The notes under the pieces were generated by a model. The model was not told the origin of the DNA. It made no database searches and was given only the letters and a program-made list of their open reading frames with translations. Below are positions 27,081 through 41,459 of a stretch of DNA of 64,000 nt, piece by piece. The translations under genes and the position numbers were made by a program. Each line of letters starts with the position of its first letter. Position 1 is the first letter of the stretch. Source of the stretch: Octopus vulgaris (Eukaryota). The DNA lies in contig OX597814.1 in NCBI GenBank assembly GCA_951406725.2, positions 37,882,001 to 37,946,000 on the forward strand. The letters are read 5' to 3'.

Positions 27081-27336
27081 AAAAATAAATGCGCCCTTTT
27101 CAAGCCTAGCCAGATTCATGGGCCCGATTTACCGGTTTCAATGGCGTATATGTCACCAGCTGGACGGGACGCCAATCCATCGCAGCGTTACTTATTTTTG
27201 CCAGCTGAGTGGACTTGAGCAACCTGAAAAGAATTGTTTTGCTCAAGAGCACTACGCGTCGCCAGGTCAAGGAAACGAAACCACGATCTTACGACCATGA
27301 TGCTGACGCCGAAACCATTAAGTCACACGCTTCCAC
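27081..27336 (-). mobile_element. tRNA-derived CORE-type SINE
   Basis: Reverse strand has a tRNA-like head and CTTGAGCAAAACA..CCACTCAGCTGGCAAAAAT core, homologous to 6515-6660. Confidence 0.8.
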
Positions 27337-27712
27337 ATATATGTATGTATATATGTATAAATTTAAATATAGGTATATATGTGTGTTTGTATATTCTTTT
27401 ATTCCTTTACTTTCTGCAGTCATTTCACTGTGGCCATGCTGGAGAACCACCGTAAGAAATTTTGTGTGCAATGCAATAGAAACAATAGTCGGACGTATAA
27501 GGTGAGATCTGTAATAAAAATATAACTCTCTCTATCCGTATTTTTTGTGGTATATATATATATATATATATATATATTACGGAGATGTACTCGCATAGCA
27601 AGTGATTTGATCTGAGATCGCGTGCTGGAACGAAACCAATTGCAGCGTGGAAGGTTTTTGTAAGCCATTTAAGAAACACACAAAAGCCGTTCGATGAGAT
27701 AGAGCACGGATT

Positions 27713-27762
27713 TTTGTCAGTGAACAGGTCGCGGAATTTAGCGACGAAAATATTTTGACAAA
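27713..27762 (+). ncRNA. Minimal type I hammerhead ribozyme motif, G3-C8 core variant
   Basis: Stem I TTTGTCA/TGACAAA; core GTGAACA plus one G; stem II GTCGC/GCGAC; GAAA; palindromic stem III AATATT; cleavage triplet UUU. Lies between 59-bp inverted arms (27637-27695, 27785-27843). Confidence 0.65.
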
Positions 27763-27843
27763 TTAAACTTAAATGTTAAAGTGAATCGAACGGCTTTTGT
27801 GTGTTTCTTAAATGGTTTACAAACACCTTCCACGCTGCAATTG

Positions 27844-27880
<37 letters not shown>

Positions 27881-28699
27881 TATGTATGTGTGCTGGCGTG
27901 TATGTGTGTTTTGTGTTTGGAAATATACGTTCATATACGTATGGATATATGTAGGCATAATTAGAACTTGCTTTCTCGTGATCACTTCCAAACTTAATCC
28001 ATTTTTGCTTCCCTGTTATAAATTTTCACGCGATTTTAGACATTAAACTTCAGTCGAAATGACGCCTTTTCAGACCGGTTAACGACATTATATTATCCTT
28101 CATGCAATGAATGCAATGTGATAATTTAAAGACGATACCAAAGATTACATATTTATGCGCACTTTTTACCTAATATTTTTTACTAAACTTTCTTGAAGAA
28201 GGTTAAGGAACGCATAGTATTTTCAGTCATCCTTTCGTCGAATTAAACAAAATGCAACAAAATATACTACTTAGTAATAATTACATCTATGATTTTCAGC
28301 TTCACTTCTATTACATCTTCAAAAATCTTTCGTTGGACGAAATTTCTATTTTAGTATCTCGAAATGTAGCTGAAAACACATAAATGTGATCGAAATTTGA
28401 ATCAGCAAGAGATTGAAGGAATGGTAAATAAATAAATAAATAAAACAATTGAAAGATCAAGGGAAAAGTCGGCTGCGCAGAAGTTTCCAGTTGTCAATGT
28501 CCGCTTATATAAAGCTCTTATGAAACTGAGTCAATAATGGTTACTTATTCATCATATTCTTTTGCATTATTATATCGAAAACTATCCCAAATATTTGTGA
28601 AGCAGTTCTTAAACCCACCACCTGAAAATATATGTGAAACGTACTCAGAAGTTATTTGAGTATTTCTGTACGAGATCTTGTTGATGCAATATTGTTTCT

Positions 28700-30984
28700 C
28701 CTTTATCGCGTAAAATTATCCAACTCTTCGTTAGACATTGTAATACATATGTCAACTGTGTAAGGCCGTGCCTCCGCTATAGCGGGAATAGCTTAAAGGT
28801 TATATATGCCTGATTCCTGCTAAAGCCATAATGAAGAATTGATGAAACAAAGTGATAATACTATAATTAGACAACTGATTACGCTGCAGTTTGTAGACAA
28901 CTGAATTCATGACTCAATGTATATAATGAACCCCGAAACTGTTTTTACTTCCGTTTTTAATCGAAAAAAAAAAGAAAATATTTTGTGACGAAATGAGAAC
29001 AAATTAACAAATCGTAGACTCTTCGCAGTTTAAAAAATTATTGTGGATAATCATACGTCGGATTTAGTGTTTACAATCACGCCAGCAATGAGGGTAATGC
29101 AAAAGGTGAAACTGATCAAAGTGATCCTATTCCTTTGGATACAAATGTTTCAAGGTAATTTAAAATGTAAGTAAAATGCATATGAGGAAAGAAGTTGTTT
29201 ATAGACCAGCTATTTGAGTTCATTTTCTGAATATATTCATACGTTATAAAACACAAGTATATATATATATATATAGGAAGTATGTAAATGTATATATACA
29301 CATACATACAAACATATATTCATATATGTATGTATATATATATATACGTATGTCCGCATGTATTTCCCTTTCTTGAAAAAATATTGGATAATTGTTGCAG
29401 GAAATTAGTAATAATAGTACACCCATCAAACGTAAGTAAATTCTTGAAGCTGAAAATCAGAAATACAACTGTTAAAATGCAATTGGAGACTGGTAGTAAC
29501 ATTGCCATTATAAACAAAAGAACGTACAAATTTATCGGTAAGACGAAATTATATAAATTAGAAAAGGTAGCACATTGTGTTAAGGGAAAAATATTATAAT
29601 TTTTCGGGGAATTGGAATGTAATGTAAAATTTCGATGTCGAACGAAAAAGGCAAATATATATTTGTTAAAAAAGTTCACTTAATTTATTCGGCACAGAGT
29701 GTGTTGAACTATTCGAAGCATGTAACACGTCCATAAGCATTTTGCGTGCAATTAGAGTCGATTCAGTCGAAGGTTCGAATGCGGCTGACGAATTGAAGCT
29801 AAGAATTGCAGTAAAACAGATTGGAACACATCTGTGTAAGTCAAAATGAATTGAAAAATAGACCACGATAAAAAGTAAAGATTATGCAAAAGTAAGTGTT
29901 CTACGATCGAGATTACATAGCGATATTACTGCTCCTTTCAAATGGTTCCCATTTTAGAAATAGCCTGAGATTTATAAGTGTACAAAAGTAACCTCCTCAA
30001 ATGTAATAAATGTTTTACACGAATTGTTTGCAAGATCTAGCATCCCAGACAATGGAACGCAATTTGTGTCTAGTAATTATTTTTAAAGTATGCATTTTTA
30101 TAAACCGTTTGCAGTAGAATATATAACTACGGCTACATACTATCCCAGCTCTAATGGACAAACAGAAGCCTTTGTCAATACCTTCAGAAAACCCTTTGAC
30201 AATTGAATAAAGAAGTTTCGGATGAGGTGGCTCAATAACAATGTTTAAGAGTGTACCGTCTGACTGACACCAAATCCGAAAACACGAGCAGGCAATTCAC
30301 CATCGTAGCTGATATTTGCAATGAAAGTAAAATCAATCTTTGATAAATTGCTACCTGACAAGAAATGAAAAATTGCCAGGTGAGCCATAACATGATTCTT
30401 GGTGAAAAAACATAGCAGGTTGTTGAAAACGTGTATAGGAGGGCATGGAAAAATGGAAAGCAGAGTTGGGAAGATTGTCTAATTAGCAAATGCAAAGAAA
30501 AATGATGTTTGGGTAAATGTAAAAAAGGCGTACAAAAGAGACACAGGAACCAACTGATTGGTGGAAAGCAGACCAAAGATGCTGGAGGAACCAATGGAAT
30601 GGGTTATGATATGTTTCAAGCACCTTCGCCAGGTGGTTCAACCCAGGCGTGCAAGTGAAAGGAAAAGAAAACATACAGATTTTCTGAATATAGATGCCAG
30701 TGCAAAAATTGTTATATTATACGTAAAAATATACTCAAAACGAGAGGTGGGGATGAATAAAAAATATTGTTAAATACAATGGCACTTAAAGAAACTTAAC
30801 AGGAGATGTAAGGAATTTGTTATAAAGGTACACCCCTCTCACGTGACGAATAGAATAGCCTAGTCGCTATAAGTAAAGTGTAAGTAGTAGACGATCAGAG
30901 AAAGTCGTGTCTTTGCTGGTTTTACAAGAATAATGTATACCGAAGTAAGCGTTATAACAATCCAACATTTTAAGGATCACAACA
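28700..30984 (+). mobile_element. Ty3/Gypsy LTR retrotransposon remnant (protease, integrase, PPT, putative 3' LTR)
   Basis: Protease VKMQLETGSNIAIIN (degenerate LDTGS); integrase LFAR..IPDNGTQF and YYPSSNGQTEAFVNTF; polypurine tract AAAACGAGAGGTGGGGA then TG at 30754, possible LTR end ACAACA at 30984. 5' boundary uncertain. Confidence 0.7.
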
Positions 30985-31140
30985 GCATTCTTATTTACTT
31001 TCCACCCAATTCAAAAGATTAACACAAAATTTTATAAAATCTACGTGCAATAATATAATTAAGATAACCTATATCTTAGAGGTAACTTAATTTTCAACAG
31101 TTCACGAACCACTCATACAGGTAACTATCGTCTATATACC

Positions 31141-31362
31141 TATTTCTTTACTACCCACAATGGGCTAAACAGAGAGGACAAACAAGGACAGACAAACGGA
31201 TTAAGTCGATTATATCGATTCCAGTGCGTAACTGGTACTTAATTTATCGACTGTGAAAGGATGAAAGGGAAAGTCGACCTCGGCGGAATTTGAACTCAGA
31301 ACGTTACGGCTAACGAAATACGGCTACGCATTTCGCCCGGCGTGCTAACGTTTCTGCCAGCT
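31141..31362 (-). mobile_element. tRNA-derived SINE with Nin-like domain
   Basis: Reverse strand AGCTGGCAGAAACGTTAGCAC..GAGTTCAAATTCC (A/B boxes), then CTTTCATCCTTTC..GTCGATAAATTAAGTACCAG. Confidence 0.8.
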
Positions 31363-32281
31363 TTATTCTCATCATAACAAAACTTGAGTGATTTTCAGTT
31401 CTAATATTTAAGTACAAGTGAACAAAATTTAACGATATGTGCAATGATAGAATGGATTATATTGATCTAATATTGGATGTCTAGCCCTTGCAGTCAAACA
31501 TGTTATTTAAAAGCCGACGCTGAATGGTTGGGGTAACTTCAAAGTTGGGATTACTAAATATTTTGAACGAAAACTGCGTTTCATTTCATAACAAGCTAGT
31601 AAAATAGATACTCTTTATGAATGTATAAAACGTATTTAATGTTCATTCCTGTAACTGCCTTCAATTTATGAGTAATTCAAAGAAAATAGAAAGATATATC
31701 ATTCTACAAAATCTGTGCATTCACCTGTCAACATTATCGATAAGCATATGCATTGACATTACAAAGCTATGTGATCAAACGAAATAATTCATGAAAATGT
31801 AGTCAACAAACTATATACGAAATAATGACATTTAAAATGATGTCATCAGAAATAATGGAATGCTGATATTGGTATCAAAAATATACTTTCAGATGCGGTT
31901 ATATATCTCTCTTCGGGTCTTGTCATTAGGAAATAATGTAGACCAAAATAGTATGAAATGTAACATGTTTTGTTTTATACAGACATAAACAGAGAGAAAA
32001 AAAATATACAGAAGCAACTGAGCGCATGTTTTCGCACGTAGACATACGTACGCATATCACCACACATATACAATACTTATAAAGAAATAAATACACATTC
32101 ATACAATAATACATATGGAGCTCAGTATTATTCACATGAAGAAAATTATTGAAATATGAGAATAAAACTCAAATATACCACATTACATTAGATTGTCTCG
32201 AACTAAATCCATTAAACATGATATTTCTAGATACATTCCATGATATCACTTATTTCCTCTATTTTAGCAATAATGGACTAG

Positions 32282-32323
<42 letters not shown>

Positions 32324-33259
32324 GTATGTATATGTGTGTGTATGTATCTCTATATATGTGTGTGTTTGTATGTATATATGTGTGTGTATGTGTGTGTCTG
32401 TGCGTGTGTAAGGAAACAGAGAGGGAAAGAGAAATATTTATGTGTATCTATGTTCACCTGTCCTCTGTGAATTTGTGTATATATCTTTATTTATTCGTGT
32501 TTATCAGCAGTGAAATACAATATCACACGCAACGGTCAAGTTGGTGAAGTATGTCTATTGCTTTATATTGATATCAACATATCAAACATTGTTCAAGAAT
32601 AACACTACATTAATATAACTTAAAATAGGTTCATGGTAACATAAATAATTGGAAAACTTAATTATGTGTCTTTAGAACGATTTTGCCAACCAATTTGAAA
32701 TGTAGTATATATATACAAAATCTACGTTGTGATAGTAATAGCTTTGAAAGTCCCTTGACAATAACACCAAGTGATAGTTTACAAGAAAAATCTCAACTGT
32801 CATAGCTTTGTGCTACTCTAAAAGAAAATATTCCACCTCTCTCGAATTAAATTACTATCTGCCGTTCATTCTTTAGTAAAATTCAGACCAAATTTATTTT
32901 CCATTAAGATTAGATGGAGCAAAGTAGAACGCAATAGCAAAGAACACACTATGAACTAAGAACATTTATCTTTCGCTAAAGTGGATTATCATAATAGAAA
33001 TTCTTAACTTGGTATTCTCTTACTTACAGGATAATAGCTGTTAATAGCTTTTCAAAATAGGCAATATTGGTCTATTCAATAATACAGTAATTCCGTTAGC
33101 TGCAATAATAATCTACATTCGCCATCAGTGAACGCCTCAACGAGCTGTTGTAATCAGCATAAGTACATTATTACTGGTGTTCTCTAGATGAACGATTATT
33201 ATAACACTTGATTGAATTCGCTTTTGTGTAGACGACTTTCAAACGAAAAACAAAGGGAA

Positions 33260-33298
<39 letters not shown>

Positions 33299-33402
33299 GT
33301 ATGTATGTATATATATATTTATATTTATATATGTATGTATATATATATATTTATATTTATATGTATATACACACTCCAGAAAAATAATAAAAGTACATAT
33401 AT

Positions 33403-33465
<63 letters not shown>

Positions 33466-34101
33466 CGTGCGTGTGTTTGTGTGTGTATGTGTGTGTATGT
33501 ATTTATGTATATATACCTGCAAGTATATATGTACGTAATTATACTATATATATTTTCGCGTTCGCAGTGAGTTTCGTATCTTACTTGAGCAAATTTTGTT
33601 ATATTGATATTGTTACTACCACTGAAGTATCTGCGCATGATATACTTTCACGCACCACCTCCCAGATATTGAGCCTTCAAATTTTGAAATAATTGGATTT
33701 ATTGCACCATACTCTAGTACAGAGATTCTATATACTGGAGGGGATTTTTGCTCGTCATTTCAGTAACCGAAATATCTGGTTCTATGGATGACTCAGCTCC
33801 ACAAGGACATTGAAGTATTACAAGACACTCAACAGAGTGAATGAAAAACTGTTATAGTGTGAGTTTTGGCTGCTGAGTTCGCTGGCCAATTTCGCAGACC
33901 TCTTAACTGCAATATATCATTGACTACAACAAACTCATGTACTAAAATTAGCAGCCCTGGGACATCCGGACTCGCTCCACAATACACCCATAATTGGTTT
34001 AATTAATTCACAGCAGTTAGTTTCATTTACTACTAAATGCAGAATTGTGCATCAACCTTAATTATTTTTCTAAAGTTTATTTACTCTTAATGATAGGGTT
34101 G

Positions 34102-34207
<106 letters not shown>

Positions 34208-34412
34208 CAACTACCGACAGTTTTATTGATGATGGAAAATGGAATATCAAAGCCATGTAAGAAAATTTGGTTAAAAGCACACGAACAATGAGATACGAAA
34301 ATAACAGCTGGGTTTTAAAATGTAGTCCACATAATAAGCACACACATATACAGAGATATATAATTTGTATATATATTTAGATGTGCATATATATATATAT
34401 AATTATACATGT

Positions 34413-34523
34413 AGTTAAACGCAGGTGTTATTCAAATACTTTGTTTTCCGACACATAATTCCAATTATATGTTCGAAACATGTGTCGGAAGTAAAAGAAT
34501 TTGAATAACACCTGCGTTTAACT
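34413..34523. repeat. 44-bp-arm inverted repeat containing the 3' half of a hammerhead
   Basis: 34413-34456 is the near reverse complement of 34480-34523. CGAAACATGTGTC leads into the right arm. Confidence 0.8.
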
Positions 34524-34718
34524 CCATTTCTCTATTTATATGTAATATACAAAATATTTCACATAAACCCGGAGTTTCTACCTTTTAAAATAAGCCATTA
34601 CGCCCTTTTTACTTGTCTGATGTTTGCTTGTATATCAATTTTTTCATGTTAATTGTAAACAAGGGGAAAATGCACACATCTCTCTATCTCTCTCCCTCTC
34701 CCCCTCTATCTCTCTCTA

Positions 34719-34763
<45 letters not shown>

Positions 34764-34823
34764 TTATTAGTGAATTGAAGAAATGGAGTTGAACGAAGAT
34801 TGAACAGAATTCCTTTTATTGCA

Positions 34824-34903
34824 TTCTACACATGTTTCAAAAGCCACAATTTTCCAAATTCTGATTAAATAAGGATCCCATATTGTGGCTTTCTCTTCAG
34901 GAA
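34824..34903 (-). ncRNA. Type I hammerhead ribozyme motif with long stem II
   Basis: Minus strand: ttc-CTGAAGA-GAAAGCCACAAT...ATTGTGGCTTTT-GAAAC-ATGT-GTA-gaa. 12-bp stem II, but only 3 bp of stem I remain. Confidence 0.7.
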
Positions 34904-35149
34904 AAAATCTTCTGCCGTGATTTTTGCTACCAAGGTATCGGTTAAACTTTTGATTAATCTGCAACAAGATTATTCATCTTTCTATTTTACCAAACATATA
35001 TATATGTATATATATATATATATATACCTTTTATCTCACTTGTACCTTTCACTTTGTCTCTGATTTGTTTCTAATCCTTCAATCACGCTGCTCCTACACC
35101 TCTCTCCTCTACGTGACAGGTGTCCGGCCTGCAATGATCTTTCTTTCTT

Positions 35150-35315
35150 GGCCTCATATATGACGGACTCCTTTAAGTTTCCATCTGCCAAATCCACTCA
35201 CAAAGCCTTGGTCGGCCCGAGGCTATAGCAGAAGACACTATTCCAATGTGCCACGTAGTGGGGCTGGTCGCGGAACCGTATGGTTGATAAGCAAGCTACT
35301 TACCACATAGCCACT
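35150..35315 (-). mobile_element. OK-like SINE 5' part
   Basis: Reverse complement of the head and body seen at 6956-7110 and 46661-46810. Confidence 0.8.
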
Positions 35316-37089
35316 AAAAAAAAAACAGCAACAAACACAGGGAAAAAACAACTCGGGGATGTGGTACATGCAAACTATCAGCAGATACTGAGGGAAGGAA
35401 AGAAAGGTCGTTTTACGTGTCCAACAAAATTCTTCTTCAGGAGAAAATTTTCTCCAAGAGAAAAGGGAGAGAGAGAGATACTTGCACACACACACACACT
35501 CACACGCACCCACACACACACGCACACACAGAGACACACACATACACACACACACACACATATATATATACATATGTGTAAATGTCTAACAATGAGAATG
35601 GGTGCTCAACATCGCATTGACGTATCACACACATATATATCTTCTATGTGTCCGTTAATATTTTTTAAACAAAATAATTTATATATATATATATATATAT
35701 ATATTTGTGTGCGTGAGTGAATGTAATTGTGTGTGTGTGTTTTAAACTGATATATTAATAAAAACAACTGTAAAGATTTTGATTAAAATACCGGGATCCC
35801 AGAGCAGGATCCACTACCTCAGTTCATTTGTATTTAGCGCCTGTGGCAGCCACTCTCACACCGTTTGTTTTTGTTGCTTTCGTTGTGACAGACAGGAGAC
35901 ATTACGTTTTATTATATTTAAAATACAACTTTAGAGCAAGTATATTATTCTTTGTAACCTTGTTATCATTCATAGATTTATTTATAAGATTAACAATGAT
36001 GTTCTATACATTGCATTACAGATAATTATATCTGTATTTTTTCTGTAAATTTTGTTTCTTAAATTTTTGTTTAAAATTTTGTATAGAACTTATCTAACTT
36101 AATTAGTGATTTGTATAACGTACATCTGTTGCCAAATGCATAAATACGTATTTATGATATCCATTGAATGGTATTCAGCGGACTTTATATTTCATACAGA
36201 GGGATTGTACTTAAACATAAAAATTTTGACCGCATCAGATTTGTTCTCGGAAATGACTGATATGCAATTCCAAAATTCAGATATTCCAGGTCTCATGATT
36301 TCCTGCAGCCTTTAAAATTTTTTAACGATCTCCGACATCTGTACTAATTAAAGAATTTCTAAAATCCAGGAATTGAAGATCATGTCATAAGATATTTTAT
36401 AATCGTTCTACAGCCAACTTCAGATTTATATGTTGTTTATTTTGTTGTTATTATTATTTATACTATCATTATTATTAATAATATTAATATGCTAACTTCC
36501 GTTGTTTGAGATACGTACATGTAGATGTGTATCACACTTGCTTCAAAGGAAGAGGTAAAAATTTGAGGGGAGAGGTAGAAAGAAAAAGGGAAATAAAAGT
36601 TGTTAAGCAGAGAAGTTGTAGTTGAAGTGAGTGGCAAACCGGGAGAGAGGAAATACAGAGAGAAAGGAAGACAGAAAGAGAAAGTGAGAGCGACAGTGAG
36701 TGAGGAGTGAAATGAAGGCGATGTTCCTTTATTTTATGTTTAAATGGTCATCAGTATTTTGAGAGTAGACTGACGCATACATCGAAAGAAAATTCGATGC
36801 ATGCATAGATACATACATACGGTGTTAAATTAAAAGCGCATGGCAAGAGAGACAGAGAAGAATTGGGACAGAAAGAGAAAGAGAGAGAGATAGAGAGTGA
36901 GAAGAAACACTCAAAGAACCACCAATGCGCCGGCTGTTGTTGTCAAACTGAACGTGAGTTGATGGCGAAGTCACTACACAACGGAATAGCAATAATCTCG
37001 TCTTTGCTTTCACTGCTTATACTAAACACATGACATATTTGCCTTAAGATATAAAACATTTACTTTTCATTTCCTCTTTTTTAAATGTG

Positions 37090-37382
37090 GCACCCATCGG
37101 TTATGACGATGAGGTCACTGTTTATCTGATCGGAAGACTCTACTCGTAAAATTAATGCTCAAGTAGCTTAGTATTCCATAGACATGCATGCAATTCATGT
37201 AGTCTTCAGGGAGATTCAGCCTCACACAAAATGTGACAAGGCTGGCCACTTTGAATTACAGCTACAACTCATTTTTGCCAGTAGGGTTCTTGTTCAAGAA
37301 CACAGTGGGCCGCCGGGAATCTTTGTCATGACCTTACGATCGTTGGCTGAATACCTGTATCAACTGACCCATGCACCTTCAT
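37090..37382 (-). mobile_element. Diverged CORE-type SINE
   Basis: Reverse strand TGAAGGTGCATGG..GATCGTAAGG..TGTGTTCTTGAACAAG..CTGGCAAAAATGAGTTG, similar to the 6515 family head. Confidence 0.65.
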
Positions 37383-37889
37383 TCACTTAACTGTAGAGAA
37401 AGGAAGTGAAGCGATAGAGACAGAGAAAGGAAATGGCAATTAGACTGAAATACGATCGATATTTTCTAGCTTCTTAACTCTTAACAACGAAGAAGAGCGA
37501 ACGTCTTTCAGTTATAAATATAGGGAAAATCTTTCTGGTGGTTAGTTATTCATTTTGGGAGTTCTCGAAGGATCGAGTGATAGTTCATTCTTCTCTTCCC
37601 CACCACGGTGCTTATTCGCCTTGTTTAATCGTTCTTCATGTCTTTTAATTAGGTAAAAGACCATGTTATGTTTCAGGCACGTTTAACGCTTTCTCTATGA
37701 ACCACACACAAGCCTTCCTTTTTTTTTTATTATACAAATCTACTGCACATTTCGAATGAGGTATATTTGTGAAAAGTGTCCAGAAAAATGGGCAATATTC
37801 CTTACAAAATAGGTGGGTAGAAAAGTTGCCAACAGGTGGCTACAACAGGTTCAACTTTATACTTTATAGAATGCCTTCAACTCAGTCCG

Positions 37890-39600
37890 ACCAAATCTAT
37901 ATCTATGATCCGGCATCGTTTGATTTCTTTCTCAATTAATACTATTACTGGTATCCTGTACTCTATCTCATGGTCGCAATGAATCCTAAAATCCCATAAG
38001 AAATTTTCAGTATCATTTTCTATGATGCCTTCAAGTTTATGCGCGTCGCGTACGAAATTTTTTCTTTGTCTATTCAATACTTGTTTCAAAGTATCCAATG
38101 GAAAAGGCTTGGCTATATTGTCATGGCGTCTCTAATATTCTTCTTGGAGTAGTGGCGTACATTGACTGGTAATATGGCGTACGGTTTCACCATTCTGTCC
38201 AAAAATTTTGCAATTAACACTTTCTGATGTGTTGTCTATTCTCTATTTCATGTAATTCGTACATAATGCTTGTTCTTTAGAGCATCCGTTTCTGGTTTTA
38301 AATAAATTTTATTCATCCATACCCATCTTTTTCTCTGTCTTATTTTCAACACTCCTGTGAAATTGTCCATGCATTCGCTTCTTTATCAACCTATTTTCTG
38401 TTTCATACGTTTTCAAGTGCTTGCACATTGCATTATCTTTGCAATCGCCCATCCTCCACATGTCTGCCCTTCTTACCTCCAATAATAGTGGTTCTCTGGT
38501 GTTTTTTACATACCATGCTATGCTGTTTCTTCTGCTCTGATGCTGTGTTCGGATCCGATCAATCCTTTTCCCTTCATTTTCTTGGTACATACAGTCTATC
38601 TATATCACTTTTAGGGTTGAGTATCCAATATCTAGTCAGCAACTTCCTTGTCTTTCTCTCTAAGCTGTTTACCTCGTCAACTACCCAAGCGATTATCTCT
38701 GCAGCCTGCCAAAGTAGATATTGACAGCTTCAAACTTATTCCGTCCGTTTAATTTCGACTTGAAGATTAATCTGAATCTGCACAATTACTCCACTTCAAA
38801 TTTTTCTGTCATTTCTTTCTCCATCAATGTATCCCTTACTAATATCCACAAGTAATTATATCCCGTCTCTTTTATTTGCTTCATAATCTCCCTCGATGCT
38901 ATGGCTATCACGTTCATACATTTAATTTTGACTCTGTTTAATAATAATACAACATACTTTTTTCAGTATGTAACTCTACCGGTATTCCTCTTTTCCATCA
39001 TGGAATTTTACTTTTGTCACTCCCATTATATTTTTCTTTCTTGACATGGACAACTAGATATGTTGCAACACCACTTACTGCTTGGATGAAATTACTTGTT
39101 TCTGTGATGCCTTCTGTTTTCATGTAGTTCAGTATTTCATTCGCACTTTCGTTTCGTACTTCAGTATTCACCGATGAACATTTTGAAGGTTGCAAATAAT
39201 CTCACTACCTTTCTACTGTAACTTTCCCTTTATTTTATCGTTTATTGCCCTTTACCTATCTGGCATGTCACCATTAGTGTTATTGTTTTCTTCCAAACCA
39301 TCTATATGTCTAACATCGAGCAAGCTATTACTGTTCTTTTCCTGTGGTTTATACGAGATCTCTACTCTGTTTTCTGCTATGAGATTACTTTTATAAAGTG
39401 TATTTTCATCGTTTCCTCTTCTATCTTCCAAAGCCCATCTCTTGATAGCTTCGAAGCTCTACTTCTATGAACAAACGATTTGTTTTTCTTTTTGCTCTAG
39501 CTTGATCGCATAAGGTCTGTTTCCGTGAAATTAAAGAATCAACTTTTTTGCCATTCATCATAAATATGTGGTCGGATATCCCCTAATATACGCTATTTGC
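37890..39600 (-). mobile_element. R4/Dong-clade LINE with N-terminus, internal RT deletion and RLE domain
   Basis: Homologous to 5000-6110 (KKRMHGQFHR; HCDHEIEYRIPVIVLIEKEIKRCRIIDI). N-terminal LCDQARA..VEL and ANEILNYMKTEGITETSNFIQA. Jumps from N-terminus to late RT near 38985. Confidence 0.8.
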
Positions 39601-39624
39601 ATTATCTAAATTTGAATGATATTT

Positions 39625-39668
39625 GTCAACATCTCGGCTGATATACACTCTTGCCTTCATCAGGTGTC
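39625..39668 (-). ncRNA. Degenerate minimal hammerhead motif
   Basis: Minus strand gacac-CTGATGA-a-GGC..GCC-GAGA-TG-TT: GAAA mutated and the 3' strand of stem I is lost. Confidence 0.4.
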
Positions 39669-39719
39669 TTGGAGAAATTATGAACCTAGGTTCTCTTTCC
39701 TAAGGTATTTTTCGATGCT

Positions 39720-40106
<387 letters not shown>

Positions 40107-40772
40107 TGCCTCCATTTGCATTGTGATTGGCTATTTCATCTATAATATTCGCCATAATATTTTGTAGATTAAATAATCTTCAAAGTAAATTCTTAACTCT
40201 TTATTGAAAACGTTATTAATCACTGCATGGAGACAAATTTTCTTCTGAGGAAGGAAATAACTGTTTAAAACTTTTCGTCGTAACATACTATTGGTTTTCC
40301 TAGATATCTTACATCATGTTACGTCATCAATTCATAAATTTCGCCGACTTTCGGATCTGTTATGTCCAATTCACCATGCTTCAATAGTACCATGAAGATT
40401 ATCTATATTTGATGTTTTTACTTATCATGTTGGTAATTATTTCATCTCCGCTACGTCTATGGTTATTATTTGTATAAGAGACATTCCTGTCGGCAAGCAT
40501 AACAGTACAATCATTCTCATAATTAATCTTCAAAACAGTTTTAACATTATTACGAATATCATTTACTGAAATAATATTAGTACGCCTACAATATTTCTTA
40601 TTCCGTTTAATGAATAAATTGTTGATGTACGTATTTCTATTATTATTATTATTATTATTGTTGTTGTTGTTGTTGCTGTTGTTGTTGTTGTTATTGTTGC
40701 TGCTACTGCTGCTGTTGTTGTTGTTGTTCTTCTTCTTCTTCTTCTTCTTTTTCTTCTTCTTCTTCTTATTAC

Positions 40773-40814
<42 letters not shown>

Positions 40815-40840
40815 AATTATTATTATCATTATCATTATCA

Positions 40841-40892
<52 letters not shown>

Positions 40893-41406
40893 TAACGTCA
40901 CTATTATCAATACAATCAACTTTGTTCGAGATGCTATAATGGGAAGCCACATCATATATTCTAATTTCATTTGTATCTTTTCTATTAGGAACTTTTACTT
41001 CTTGGATATTTATAACAGGTGTTAGTGTGTTCATATTCCCGTAACATAGTAGTTATGCAAAGAATGATATAGAATAAGTACTAGTCTGAAAGAAGAATAA
41101 CACTGGAGTCGAGTCACTATTCACATGGCTAAAATTCTACAAGCTGACACACCAGCATGGTCTTCGACTGACCACTGCTATTCTATATAATCGTTCAACT
41201 GTCATTAGTTTAATCTCTCCTTTTGACAGGTCCTTATTTTTAGTCCAGCTGGGTTTCTAGCAACGCTGATAAACACGCACACCTAGTTCTTACGCAAGTT
41301 TATTCACCAATGATTGAAAGCTCCAGCAGTTTGTAGCGGTTTCCGTGTTAGCAGTGGCGTTCATGACTCTCATGTTGTACGTTGAAAAGAAACACACAGG
41401 TTGATA

Positions 41407-41454
<48 letters not shown>

Positions 41455-41459
<5 letters not shown>

